A DNA stretch of 64,000 nucleotides from Dehalococcoidia bacterium (GCA_045562555.1 JBJKVO010000001.1:328148-392147); one strand, 5' to 3'; shown: positions 19,962 to 30,145, counted from the stretch's first letter. Translations and numbers: made by a program. Notes: a model not told the origin generated them from the sequence alone.

Positions 19962-20501
19962 ATGACATCTTATCTTTCGAAAATACGTGGTATACCGGTT
20001 ATAGGTGACGAAGTTATTAAAATAATTGATAGCCGTACAGGTCTCGTAGATGAACCGAAATCTGAGTGCGATTTGCTGGTATGTACTGAATCAACACTTT
20101 TGATCTTCAGGAATGGCTCTCCTAAAACAGTTGAAATCTTGCAGAAAAGCAGTATAAACAAGATCGAATTAGTAGAGCATCGAAAAAATATACCGATCTT
20201 TACAATGCTGTCTTTTATGATCTGTTCGGTGATAGTGTATTTGGGTATATCTTATTGGTTAGTAGAGTCTATGGAACAACCTTTCCTTCCTGGAATGAAT
20301 TTGGCATTATTCCCCTTTGCGTTACTTGTGGCTCTATCCATAGGCTTATGGTGGGTATGGAAGGCATACTCTTTCAAAGATAAGATGTTTATTCGACTGG
20401 CATCGGTAGGAGGGAGTACGTCACAATTTAATTGTTCCTATGATTGCCGTGGTGATTTATTAAGCAATATCATATATTTTCAATCCGGGGTTAATGTCTA
20501 G
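19962..20501 (+). CDS. Hypothetical membrane protein (soluble N-terminal domain plus 2 TM segments)
   Basis: ORF only; hydrophobic stretches IPIFTMLSFMICSVIVYLGISYWL and LALFPFALLVALSIGLWWVW. The 3' end overlaps tsaD convergently by 42 nt. Confidence 0.4.
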   Translation: MTSYLSKIRGIPVIGDEVIKIIDSRTGLVDEPKSECDLLVCTESTLLIFRNGSPKTVEILQKSSINKIELVEHRKNIPIFTMLSFMICSVIVYLGISYWLVESMEQPFLPGMNLALFPFALLVALSIGLWWVWKAYSFKDKMFIRLASVGGSTSQFNCSYDCRGDLLSNIIYFQSGVNV

Positions 20502-21509
20502 CTTCAGGTCCCATGGTTCTTGTCTCAATTGTTGGTAGTATGCAGCAGCAGCTATCATAGCTCCATTGTCTGTACAAAGTCTTGGTACGGGGATAAAGGT
20601 AGGTATGATGCTGAGCTGGTTAATACGCTCCCTCAACGGGAGATTAGCGGCAACACCTCCGCCTATGATAATTCCTTTGGCTCCATGATCTGCAGCCGCT
20701 TTCATTACTTTACTGGACAATACATCAACCACAGATTCTTGAAATGCCGCGGAAATTTCGATGATCAAATTATTACGGTTTTCAGAACTTAATTTGGATG
20801 TGTCCTCTGGATAGACATTTTTTTCGATGGCAAGTTTGAGCACAGCGGTCTTGAGACCACTAAAGCTAAAATTGGAAGTTCCCGGCAACCAGGCTCTTGG
20901 CAAATGGAAGTCGCTATGGTGTACACCTGCGGTTTTTTGAATTTCAGGTCCTCCAGGGAATCCTAAACCTAGGATTCTTGCAGCTTTATCAAAACATTCG
21001 CCAGCTGCATCATCGAGTGTATGTCCGAGCAGTTCATAGTCGCCATGGCCGCTCATTAATACAAGGTCGGTGTGTCCTCCTGAGGCTATTAAAGACACTA
21101 TAGGAAAGCCTACTTGTTGATCAGGTCCATGTACCTGGTCTAACCAGGCGGAATATACATGGCCTTCTAAATGATTCACTCCAAAAAACGGTTTATTCAG
21201 ACACATGGATAATGCTTTACCCGTATTTAATCCTGTAATTAAAGATCCTGCTAATCCTGGTCCATAAGTGGCGGAAATTATATCGACATCCGTTATATCT
21301 AGTTCGGCTTCTTTGAGGCTCATGTCAATCACAGGCATAATATCTCTGATATGCTGGCGAGAAGCCAATTCCGGCACAATGCCTCCATGTTGACTGTGAA
21401 TATCAGTTTGTGAGGCAATTACATTTGATCTAATCAGATGTCCGTCTTCTACTATCGATACTCCTGTATCGTCACAAGAAGTTTCTATTCCTAATATTAC
21501 TGTGCTCAA
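20460..21509 (-). CDS. tsaD: tRNA N6-adenosine threonylcarbamoyltransferase
   Basis: LGIETSCDDTGVSIV, HLEGH, Kae1/TsaD architecture. Confidence 0.9.
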   Translation of the reverse strand: MSTVILGIETSCDDTGVSIVEDGHLIRSNVIASQTDIHSQHGGIVPELASRQHIRDIMPVIDMSLKEAELDITDVDIISATYGPGLAGSLITGLNTGKALSMCLNKPFFGVNHLEGHVYSAWLDQVHGPDQQVGFPIVSLIASGGHTDLVLMSGHGDYELLGHTLDDAAGECFDKAARILGLGFPGGPEIQKTAGVHHSDFHLPRAWLPGTSNFSFSGLKTAVLKLAIEKNVYPEDTSKLSSENRNNLIIEISAAFQESVVDVLSSKVMKAAADHGAKGIIIGGGVAANLPLRERINQLSIIPTFIPVPRLCTDNGAMIAAAAYYQQLRQEPWDLKLDINPGLKIYDIA

Positions 21510-21618
21510 TCTGTTGACTCTGCCAAATATAAATATGTTACCTGAAAGGTATTATAGCTAGGCTGAAATTATATATGATATATTTATTCCAGTCATTCAT
21601 AAAAGGTGAATTATTATA

Positions 21619-22932
21619 GTGTTATTTGTAATCATGAACGCTTCTGGCGCGTCTGTGGATGTAGGCTCATCGAATTTGGTTTTGCAGATCGTACTGATAC
21701 TGCTTAGTATCGGAATGGTGGCGATTTTTACCAGCGCTGAAGCTGCTATGATGTCGGTGAATAAATTTAGGACTAGGTACCTAGAAGAACAGGGCAACAA
21801 ATCCGCTCGGATTCTCAACAAACTGATGTCCAAACATGAAAAGTTTTTCTCAACTATATTACTTACCGAGAATACTTTTATTATATTCGCTTCATCTGCA
21901 GGTACAGCTCTGGCTATCAAAATATTAGGCGGTAGTGGATTAGCAATTATTATAGCTCCTTCTATTATGACAGTCCTGGTAGTTATATTCGGTGAAATAA
22001 CTCCTAAAACATTTGGTGCAATTTTTGCTGAAAAATGGTCATTGTTTATTGGCAGGCCTATATCTGTCGTGATGTTCTTAGAGACACCGTTGATTTTCTT
22101 GTTTTCACTGGTGCCGAGGTTGCTTAAGAAAATCTTTAAGGTGAATGATACTCAAGGACATTCAGTGTCTGAGGGTGAACTCAGAATGATGATAGGAATA
22201 GGAGAAGCAGAAGGATCAGTGGACGCATCTGAAGCAGACATGCTGGAAAATATATTTCGGTTTGGAGATAGTCACATGACAGCTATCATGACTCCTAGGC
22301 CTGAAATTATTTGGCTCGAACGAGGTACTACTTACCAAGAATTCTTGGAAGTTTATAGGTTGCATAGTCATTCCAGGTTTCCGGTTTATGGAGAATCGAT
22401 AGAAGATGTGATTGGCGTGTTAAGTGTCAAAGATATAGTTCTGAAAGCCACTCAATCAATAGTGCAACTTGATCAGGATATTACTACCGATCTAAGGACT
22501 GCATTTTTTGTTCCTGAAACTAAGACAGTTAGCGAGACATTTACTGAAATGAGAGTTAATGGACATTCGATCGCCTTAACAGTTGACGAATTTGGGGGTA
22601 TTGCAGGGATTGCTACGTTAAAGCAACTTGTTGGAATAATTGTTGGAGAAGTGACCGAAGAAGAAGGAGAACCGGAAGATGTATTGCCTTTGAGTGAGTC
22701 CAATTATCTGATTGATGCAGGTAAGACAATAGTCGAAACTAATGAAGAATTAGGCATAGACCTTCCAGAAGGGGAATATCAAACCGTAGCGGGATTGATA
22801 CTTAAAGCGCTGGGCAAAATACCAAATGTTGAAGAAATTGTGGATATAGATAATGTGCGTTTAACGGTAAAATCTATGGTTGGCGTTCGATTGGATAAAG
22901 TGCAGGTCAGGATCTTGCCGAGAGTGGAATGA
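21619..22932 (+). CDS. CNNM/HlyC-CorC family transporter (DUF21, CBS pair and CorC_HlyC domains)
   Basis: N-terminal TM DUF21 region, CBS pair region, C-terminal CorC-like domain. GTG 19 is preceded by GGTGA at 21605-21609. Confidence 0.75.
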   Translation: MLFVIMNASGASVDVGSSNLVLQIVLILLSIGMVAIFTSAEAAMMSVNKFRTRYLEEQGNKSARILNKLMSKHEKFFSTILLTENTFIIFASSAGTALAIKILGGSGLAIIIAPSIMTVLVVIFGEITPKTFGAIFAEKWSLFIGRPISVVMFLETPLIFLFSLVPRLLKKIFKVNDTQGHSVSEGELRMMIGIGEAEGSVDASEADMLENIFRFGDSHMTAIMTPRPEIIWLERGTTYQEFLEVYRLHSHSRFPVYGESIEDVIGVLSVKDIVLKATQSIVQLDQDITTDLRTAFFVPETKTVSETFTEMRVNGHSIALTVDEFGGIAGIATLKQLVGIIVGEVTEEEGEPEDVLPLSESNYLIDAGKTIVETNEELGIDLPEGEYQTVAGLILKALGKIPNVEEIVDIDNVRLTVKSMVGVRLDKVQVRILPRVE

Positions 22933-23552
22933 TTATCCACCTAGTACGTCATGGCCAAACCATTTGGAATAAAGATAGAATATTCCAAGGCCAATCCGAT
23001 GTGGATCTAACTGATTTAGGGAGAACTCAATCTAGATTAGTTGCAGCTAAAATATTGGAATGTGGTCCTTCAGCTGTTTATACCAGTCCTTTATCAAGAA
23101 CTCGGCACATTGCTGATGTGATAGCTAATGGAATCAATAAAACAAGTATAGAAGTTCAAGAATTGTTGGAACTGGACTTAGGTATGCTTGAAGGTAAAAC
23201 AGGCGAAGATCTCAGGGAACATTGGCCTGAGATTATTGAACAATGGCGTCAGTTTCCGTCTAGAGTTACTATGCCTTCAGGGGAATCATTTTTAGAATTG
23301 CACTCTAGAGTTACTAAAAGTTTATATGATTTGGTTGATTCAAACACTGAAAGTCCAATTGTAATCGTGAGTCATAACTTTGTAATTAAGATTCTAATAT
23401 GTGAGATATTAGGGTTAACTGTTGATTCTTTGCACAAAGTTAATATAGATTTGGCCTCTGTAAGTACGATCGAGATTGATCATGACAGTAGTAGTTTGTT
23501 GATGATGAACGGTACATCTCATCTTGATCATTGTTTGGAAGTACAGACATAA
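22929..23552 (+). CDS. Histidine phosphatase family protein (phosphoglycerate-mutase-like)
   Basis: LVRHGQTIWN catalytic RHG motif, SHNFV. ATGA overlap with the upstream gene. Confidence 0.75.
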   Translation: MIIHLVRHGQTIWNKDRIFQGQSDVDLTDLGRTQSRLVAAKILECGPSAVYTSPLSRTRHIADVIANGINKTSIEVQELLELDLGMLEGKTGEDLREHWPEIIEQWRQFPSRVTMPSGESFLELHSRVTKSLYDLVDSNTESPIVIVSHNFVIKILICEILGLTVDSLHKVNIDLASVSTIEIDHDSSSLLMMNGTSHLDHCLEVQT

Positions 23553-25012
23553 AGACATTTACTGAAATACAAGACATAACTATCAAGACATTGTTTGATA
23601 CAGGCATTGTTAAGGACGACACTCCTTTAGTAGTAGCGTGTTCTGGAGGCCCTGATTCCACTGCACTGTTACACGTCCTCTTTAATAGTTCTGAAATTAT
23701 TTTGGAAAATGTTTTGGTAGCTCATCTTAACCATGATTTCCGCGGCCAAGAAGCTGAGGATGATGCCGAATTTGTTAAAAATATGGCTGCTAATTGGAAT
23801 TTGTCTTACAGGATAGGCAGAGCTGATCCGTTGACCTACCAAAATGAACAGGGAATTTCATCCTTTGAACAGGCAGCACGAGAACTCAGGTACACATTTT
23901 TGCGTGATGTAGCCCGAGATGTAGGAGCTCCCGCTGTTCTGTTAGGACATACTTTGGATGACCTAGCTGAGACTGTATTAGGTCACATTATTAGAGGTAC
24001 GGGGCTACAAGGCTTAGTGGGAATGGAAGTATGCAACAACTGGCCATTTCCATATGATGAAGACGAAATAATGATAATTAGACCGATGTTGGACATCGCC
24101 AAATCAGAGACAGAATCATACTGCTCACAACTGGACGTAACATTCAGGAGGGATAGTGGTAATTATTCTCACAGGTTTACTCGAAATCGGATCAGGCACT
24201 CATTATTACCCGAATTGGCTATCGGTTACAATCCAGGGATTAAAGATGCGTTAGTTAGATTATCTAGGATAGCCTCAGAAAATTTGGAATTTATAGGAAG
24301 TAGACTTGAGGAATATTGGAAAGAATTATGTGTTCCAGACACCAATTTAAACTGCGTCACAATTAATTTGGTAGGTTTTGTTAAAGCTCCGATTAACATA
24401 CAAAAATTATTGCTCAGAAAGGCTTATGAAGAAATCATTGGTAATACAACTAGATTGCAAGAAAACCATATAGATCACGTAGTAAATCAACTGAACGCTG
24501 ACTCACATACTTCAAGCCAGTACAAAATTGCTGATTGGCCAAATAACATTAAAATTTTATATCGCGGTGAAAATTTGGTTTTATCTAAAGGAGAACTTTC
24601 CAATCAAATTGCTGAGGAAATATTGGTAGATATCTCAGAATTGCCGGAAGCTTGTGATTTTATATACAGAAATATCAAGTTTACGTTTGAATTGATGGAG
24701 GGTGGTGTTGAAGATGTTGACTTTAATAACCCTAATGTTTTGTATTTGGATACCGTAAATATGCCCAAAACTTTGCTAATACGACCTATGAATACTGGAG
24801 ATATATTTCACCCTTATGGATTTGGACATGAACTACTTTTGTCAGACTTCTTTTCAAAAGGGCAAGTGAATCGAATAGAAAGGCAAGTCATGCCAATTCT
24901 TACCGATAGTGTTGGAACCGTATGGGCCGTGGGCTCGAGAATAAGTGAGTTGGGTAAAGTGGGAATAGAAACTAAGAAGGTTTTGAGAATAACCAGATCA
25001 GATCTAAGTTAG
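23531..25012 (+). CDS. tilS: tRNA(Ile)-lysidine synthetase
   Basis: VACSGGPDSTALL PP-loop and LGHTLDDLAETVL. The start is uncertain: TTG in the track, with no in-frame ATG nearby. Confidence 0.8.
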   Translation: MFGSTDIKTFTEIQDITIKTLFDTGIVKDDTPLVVACSGGPDSTALLHVLFNSSEIILENVLVAHLNHDFRGQEAEDDAEFVKNMAANWNLSYRIGRADPLTYQNEQGISSFEQAARELRYTFLRDVARDVGAPAVLLGHTLDDLAETVLGHIIRGTGLQGLVGMEVCNNWPFPYDEDEIMIIRPMLDIAKSETESYCSQLDVTFRRDSGNYSHRFTRNRIRHSLLPELAIGYNPGIKDALVRLSRIASENLEFIGSRLEEYWKELCVPDTNLNCVTINLVGFVKAPINIQKLLLRKAYEEIIGNTTRLQENHIDHVVNQLNADSHTSSQYKIADWPNNIKILYRGENLVLSKGELSNQIAEEILVDISELPEACDFIYRNIKFTFELMEGGVEDVDFNNPNVLYLDTVNMPKTLLIRPMNTGDIFHPYGFGHELLLSDFFSKGQVNRIERQVMPILTDSVGTVWAVGSRISELGKVGIETKKVLRITRSDLS

Positions 25013-26319
25013 GGGATATATGCTTCTGCCTTGAGATGGAAGCCGTCTTTTGTATGTTCTATGAGATGCCATGACTGTTTTACGTGTTGAATTTCAGGGC
25101 TGTTCCGATCGTATACTAGTTCTCTAGCGCAGTTATGGAATAAAGATCCATCCATTATTTCCGATTCGGTTAGCATGCCTTTTTCAATAAGCAATCTAAG
25201 TGCGATCGCTCCCGTTTTATCTACAGGTCCTCCGTCTATTTCCGTGACATTTTCCATGTTATGGACTTCCCACGCTATCTCTAGCATACGATCCCATGCA
25301 CTACGAAAAGGGTAGTCCGACCCTTGAATTTCTGCAACCACTGTTTGTGAGAAGTAATTGGCTGCTCCCTCTACAAACCATAAAGTATTAGATCCTGGTT
25401 GGCGCGTTTTCCTTTCACATTGTCCTGGCATTGCTAAATCCTGTTGGAATGCGTGGTAAAACTCATGAATCAAGAAATCCTGAAAATTAAATAAAGGTTC
25501 ATGCTCTCTCATGTTTTCTGTGATTCCCATTGCGATGATTCGGGTTTCTTCGCATAAAGCTGCTTGAGTGGACGCATCCGCGCCTTGTTCGAACCAAGCT
25601 CTGAATCGGTCGAGTTCATCCTTTAGATGTTCATTCTCTTCTCTATGTCCCATGCATTCATCATCTCTAAGCCACGATTCAATGTCATCCATCAAAATGT
25701 CTATTTCAGAGTTCTTGAGCATTACTTCATGCTTTATGAATGGCATTCCTTCTATTTCCTGCTCTGGTCGGATCATGTCACCTACTGGATAGATCCATGC
25801 CAAAATATTGGACTTACGAGATGCCATTTTAGATTCAGCGTAAGAAACCCATTCATGGATATCTTCGGTAGAGTAAGAAGAGTGATTTAGAATGGTGATT
25901 TCTCCAGATGGTTTCGAATAGGATTCTAGATTACTCTGATATTTTTCGTCAGGTTGTAGGCTTTGATCGTATGAAGGATTATTTTTATCGGTACTAGTGT
26001 TCAGAGTTTGATCGGCTGATGGATTATGGTTATCTGTACTAGTGTGCAGCCTTTGATCGTCTGATAGATTATTATTATCAGCCTGTAGTCGGTTTCGGTT
26101 TTGTATTTGTTGACTAGCTTTCACTTGATTTTCGAGTAATTCAATTCTTTCAAGTAAGTCTGATGAGGTGTCCGATACTAAAGGTTTCTCAATTGTTGGA
26201 ATGGAGTTAAGTGGTTTTATAGTTTCTTGTTCAGGGTCTGCTGGTCCGCTGCAAGCTAGAGGTGCAATGATGCTAAATACGAGGAGGAATAGGATGGAAA
26301 TTTGTTTTATGTTGATCAT
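25009..26319 (-). CDS. Lipoprotein with coiled coil, repeat linker and HExxH...EG (peptidase-MA-like) domain
   Basis: Lipobox IAPLAC|S, ERIELLENQVKASQQIQ, HEFYH followed ~25 aa later by WFVEGAANYF. Confidence 0.5.
   Translation of the reverse strand: MINIKQISILFLLVFSIIAPLACSGPADPEQETIKPLNSIPTIEKPLVSDTSSDLLERIELLENQVKASQQIQNRNRLQADNNNLSDDQRLHTSTDNHNPSADQTLNTSTDKNNPSYDQSLQPDEKYQSNLESYSKPSGEITILNHSSYSTEDIHEWVSYAESKMASRKSNILAWIYPVGDMIRPEQEIEGMPFIKHEVMLKNSEIDILMDDIESWLRDDECMGHREENEHLKDELDRFRAWFEQGADASTQAALCEETRIIAMGITENMREHEPLFNFQDFLIHEFYHAFQQDLAMPGQCERKTRQPGSNTLWFVEGAANYFSQTVVAEIQGSDYPFRSAWDRMLEIAWEVHNMENVTEIDGGPVDKTGAIALRLLIEKGMLTESEIMDGSLFHNCARELVYDRNSPEIQHVKQSWHLIEHTKDGFHLKAEAYIP
25955..26095 (-). 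repeat. Three imperfect 45-nt (15-aa) tandem repeats inside the lipoprotein linker
   Basis: Unit starts (c/g)tttgatcg recur at 25961, 26006 and 26051. They encode LHTSTDNHNPSADQT, LNTSTDKNNPSYDQS and related units. Confidence 0.7.
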
Positions 26320-26342
26320 TGGTACGCTTACACGCTAGAGTA

Positions 26343-27146
26343 TTAGACCCTCCCAAACTCCTTGAGGCTTTCTTCCAATTGGCTGCAGATAGTTTTATAT
26401 TCTGCTGCTACATCAGTATCTAAAAGACAAGTAGGTTTTGAGTTGTCTCTGTAGCTGGATCGGAGTGCTAAAGAGCCTAAGAAGGGAGCATTTACGTCTT
26501 CAGCGAGCTGTTTAGATGTTCCCTCTCCAAATATTTCTCCTGTGTAATTTTCCACTATTCCTAAAACATTTAGGTTTAATTTACGGATCATGTTAATACA
26601 TCGTTTTGCGTCTAAGTTTGCCAATTCTTGGGGTGTGCTTACAACAACAAATCCATCCATTGGTAATGTTTGCATAACTGTGAGAGGAGAGTCTGAAGTT
26701 CCTGGCGGCATATCAACTATAAGATAATCAAGTGTTCCCCATTCAGTATTTTGAATGAATTGGTTGATTGCATTGTGAATCATAGGTCCACGCCATATGA
26801 TGGCTTCATCTTCATTCTCTTGGAATAGAGACATCGATATTACCTTCACGCCAAACTCGGATGATGGGATAATGACTCCATTCTCATAGTCAGGTTTTTC
26901 TTTAACAGCAAGAACTTTCGTGACATTAGGGCAGTCTATGTCAACGTCCAGAATCCCAACGCTAGCTCCAGCGTTAGCTAAAGAAACTGCTAAATTTACA
27001 CTTACTGTGGTTTTCCCGACCCCGCCTTTACCACTGTAAACTCCGATTTTATGCTTTACGTTGGTAAGCCTGTCGGATATTTGTTTCCTTTGAGCCCATT
27101 GCTGCTTGAGTTGATCCAGACGAGCATTTTGATTTCTGTTAACCAT
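26343..27146 (-). CDS. apbC: Mrp/NBP35-family Fe-S cluster carrier ATPase
   Basis: GKGGVGKTTVSVNLA deviant Walker A. Adjacent to a DUF59 gene. Confidence 0.85.
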   Translation of the reverse strand: MVNRNQNARLDQLKQQWAQRKQISDRLTNVKHKIGVYSGKGGVGKTTVSVNLAVSLANAGASVGILDVDIDCPNVTKVLAVKEKPDYENGVIIPSSEFGVKVISMSLFQENEDEAIIWRGPMIHNAINQFIQNTEWGTLDYLIVDMPPGTSDSPLTVMQTLPMDGFVVVSTPQELANLDAKRCINMIRKLNLNVLGIVENYTGEIFGEGTSKQLAEDVNAPFLGSLALRSSYRDNSKPTCLLDTDVAAEYKTICSQLEESLKEFGRV

Positions 27147-27165
27147 CTTACCTCAGTGTGTATGC

Positions 27166-27480
27166 TTAGATGCCTAGTTGATTTCTAGCTTCTTCGCTAA
27201 TTAAGTCAGGTGACCAAGGAGGATCGAATACCATTTCGATTTCTACTTCTTCAACACCGTCCACATCTTGAATAGCCCATTCTGCTTGTTGAGCTATTTG
27301 GGGTCCCATTCCGCATCCTGGGAAAGTGAGAGTCATTTGCACGTAGACATTATTCTCTCCATTTACTGCCACGTCATATATCAATCCTAAATCAACCAAG
27401 TTGATTGGAATCTCAGGATCATACACTGTCCGTAGTGCTTCAATTATTTCTTCTTTTTCTACAACTTGAGCCATGTCCAT
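27166..27480 (-). CDS. DUF59 (SufT/PaaD-like) Fe-S assembly protein
   Basis: LRTVYDPEIPINLVDLGLIY and TFPGCGMG motifs. Confidence 0.75.
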   Translation of the reverse strand: MDMAQVVEKEEIIEALRTVYDPEIPINLVDLGLIYDVAVNGENNVYVQMTLTFPGCGMGPQIAQQAEWAIQDVDGVEEVEIEMVFDPPWSPDLISEEARNQLGI

Positions 27481-27668
27481 ATGCCTCCTTAGTGTTTTTG
27501 TTACTGTACTTAGTCCATTTTATCATTGTTCTTCCAAAGCTACTATGGTCTAAATGTAAGACGTGCCTAAATTGATATAAGAGCCTATGAATGGTATTAT
27601 AATACTTTGTGCAAATCTCGTAAGGATTAGCACTTTCGTGTCATAAAATAAACGCTAGGAGAATCTCT

Positions 27669-29288
27669 GTGGCAAACTTCTCAGATTACGTCAAAACTCT
27701 TTTGACTAAGCCAAATGTAAGGCATTTAACCCGAGACCAAATGGATGATGAGACCAGTCAATACGGTAGAGTAACTAAAACGGGAGGGCATGCTTACAGC
27801 TCTAATGTTAGAAATAGAAGTGCAGGTATTGCAGTCACGTTTGGAAGTGATGAAGTAGCTTCCAAAAACCTTAATGCTCAGCAACAAGGTATTGCAGATA
27901 ATCTAGAAAATACTCTAGCAGCGTTGTCAAAATATCTAGACAGAGCTCCGTTGGTGTCTGTTACCAGAACTATAGGAGATAATGAAGAATTTAACGCTAA
28001 ATGTACCTTGCTATTGTCGGAGCAACGAAAAGATAACTTGAGACAAGGGCATCTTTGGACTCATACATTAAGAGAGTACAGCTCTGAATCTCCAGGACCT
28101 GAATTATACTTGGTATCGGTTCCTGAATGGCCAGAAAATGATAAGCAAGTATTATGTTTTCCCGATGAAGGCTTGACTATTGTGTTAGGCATAGACTACG
28201 TAGGGGAAGTTAAGATGGGATTCCTTAGAATGGCTATGTGGGAAGCAAAAAGAGCAGGTATGCTTAGTTTGCACGCAGGATCGAAGCTATTGAAAGCTAA
28301 ACAACCTGACGGTTCTACCGGTAACTTTGGAATGCTGTTATTCGGACTCTCAGGCACAGGTAAAACGACTCACTCATGTCATGACCACGGTCTTACAGGC
28401 GAAGGCGAAGGCATCGACATTCTTCAGGACGACATTGTTTTCTTGGGTAAAGATGGGAGTGCCAAAGGAACTGAGAGAGGATTCTTTTTGAAAACAGAAG
28501 GATTGGAAGCGGATACTCAACCTTTGATTTGTAATGCTTTAGATGCACCTGAAGCGTTATTTGAAAATGTTATGGTGACTCACGATGGAGAAGTGGACTA
28601 CAATGATTTATCGCTTGGAGGTAACGGGAGAGCTGTAATTTCCAGGGCTCACTTTGCTCCTCATATAGGCGAGTCTATCAATTTACCACCATTAGATGAA
28701 GTCGACGGTCTTATTGTCGCCTTTATTACGCGTCGCATGACGGTGTTGCCTTTCATATCCAAACTAACACCAGAACAAGCTGCCGCAACATTCATGCTTG
28801 GAGAAAGTGTAGAAACATCCGCTGGTGATCCAACCAGAGCAGGAGAATCAGTTAGAGTGGTTGGCACAAATCCATTTTTGCTAGGTTCACCTTCAGATGA
28901 AGGTAACTGGTTCTATGATTTTGTATCCAAAAATCAAGATAAAGTTCATTGCTACTTGTTAAATACCGGAGGAGTTGGTGAAATTTTCCATCGTGATGAC
29001 AACGGGAAAATAGTGGTGGATCAACCAGTTACTCGGGTCGCGATCGATGATATGGCTCGTATGATAAGAGGGATAGTGAGGAACGATATAGAATGGGTCG
29101 AGGATGATCTGTTTGGAGGAATGGTTCCCAGCAAAATAGATGGAGTGGATTTAAGCAAGTATGACTTGTCTAATTTTTATTCTCCTGATCAGATTAAAGA
29201 TATATCAGATAGATTAACAGCCGAGAGAATAGCTCACTTAAAATCATTTTCTGGTTTGAATTCAGACATAGTCACGGCATTAGATTAA
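27669..29288 (+). CDS. pckA: Phosphoenolpyruvate carboxykinase (ATP)
   Basis: LFGLSGTGKTT kinase-1a motif and PEPCK-ATP length. GTG start preceded by AGGAGA. Confidence 0.85.
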   Translation: MANFSDYVKTLLTKPNVRHLTRDQMDDETSQYGRVTKTGGHAYSSNVRNRSAGIAVTFGSDEVASKNLNAQQQGIADNLENTLAALSKYLDRAPLVSVTRTIGDNEEFNAKCTLLLSEQRKDNLRQGHLWTHTLREYSSESPGPELYLVSVPEWPENDKQVLCFPDEGLTIVLGIDYVGEVKMGFLRMAMWEAKRAGMLSLHAGSKLLKAKQPDGSTGNFGMLLFGLSGTGKTTHSCHDHGLTGEGEGIDILQDDIVFLGKDGSAKGTERGFFLKTEGLEADTQPLICNALDAPEALFENVMVTHDGEVDYNDLSLGGNGRAVISRAHFAPHIGESINLPPLDEVDGLIVAFITRRMTVLPFISKLTPEQAAATFMLGESVETSAGDPTRAGESVRVVGTNPFLLGSPSDEGNWFYDFVSKNQDKVHCYLLNTGGVGEIFHRDDNGKIVVDQPVTRVAIDDMARMIRGIVRNDIEWVEDDLFGGMVPSKIDGVDLSKYDLSNFYSPDQIKDISDRLTAERIAHLKSFSGLNSDIVTALD

Positions 29289-29328
29289 TAGTAAATAGGT
29301 ATAGAACAGCGCATAAGGAGGAGTAGTA

Positions 29329-30126
29329 ATGACCACGTTAAATGAGGTTTATTCACAGTTTGTTACCGAGCGGAAAGCCACTGCTAAACAAAAAGAAGGA
29401 TATCAGGACCTAGGTAAATTTGTGAACTATTTTGGGAAAGACCGCAATATCAATGAGATATTGCCCTCAGAGATTGCAGACTATGCTCAGCATATAGGCC
29501 GTACTGCTACTGATCCAGCAAAACGGCTCGCCACTGTAAAATTATTTCTGGCATATTTGAAAAAACAAGAATTAATTGAAGGAAGCCTTGCAACTCATCT
29601 AAGAATCCCTAGGACTAGGGCTTCAGCTTCTAAACGAGCAGCTGCTGCTCAAGAAGGAGGAACTGTTTTAAGCCAAGAAGGTTTTGACATGTTGACTTCA
29701 GAATTGGATTCGCTGAAAATCGAAAGAGTTTCTGTGGTAGAAGATATCAAGAGAGCGATGGAAGATGGAGACTTTAGAGAAAATTCTCCGCTAGACGCAG
29801 CTAAGGAACGACAAGGCTTCGTTGAGTCTAAGATTAAAGAGCTAGAAAGCAGTCTTAGAGGAGCTCAAATTATGTCTGCTGCTAAGAATTCTGGTAAAGA
29901 ACGCCGAGTATCTATAGGTTCTAAAGTTACAGTCAGAGATTTGGGATCTGGTAAAAAGTCCACGTATTCGTTAGTTGATATAAGGGAAGCAGATCTCGCT
30001 TTAGGGAAATTATCCACTTCATCGCCTGTGGGACAAGCTTTGATGGATTCTTTGGTAGGTGACGAGGTGTCTGTCTCAGTTCCTCGTGGGACCGTTGCAT
30101 ATAAAGTCGAGCGGATCGCTCGTTAA
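29329..30126 (+). CDS. greA: GreA-type transcript cleavage factor with a ~110-aa N-terminal extension
   Basis: C-terminal ~155 aa is GreA-like (coiled-coil tip EDGDFRENSPLDAAKERQGF; globular domain SSPVGQALMDSLVGDEV). The N-terminal part has no Gre homology. Strong AGGAGGAG SD. Confidence 0.75.
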   Translation: MTTLNEVYSQFVTERKATAKQKEGYQDLGKFVNYFGKDRNINEILPSEIADYAQHIGRTATDPAKRLATVKLFLAYLKKQELIEGSLATHLRIPRTRASASKRAAAAQEGGTVLSQEGFDMLTSELDSLKIERVSVVEDIKRAMEDGDFRENSPLDAAKERQGFVESKIKELESSLRGAQIMSAAKNSGKERRVSIGSKVTVRDLGSGKKSTYSLVDIREADLALGKLSTSSPVGQALMDSLVGDEVSVSVPRGTVAYKVERIAR

Positions 30127-30145
30127 ATTTCTAAATAGGTAGATT

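Noticed and set aside
29329-29660. Integrase-like N-terminal domain of GreA as evidence of a mobile element
   Set aside because: No tyrosine-recombinase catalytic domain (R..HxxR..Y) follows it. The domain is fused in frame to GreA and flanked by housekeeping genes.
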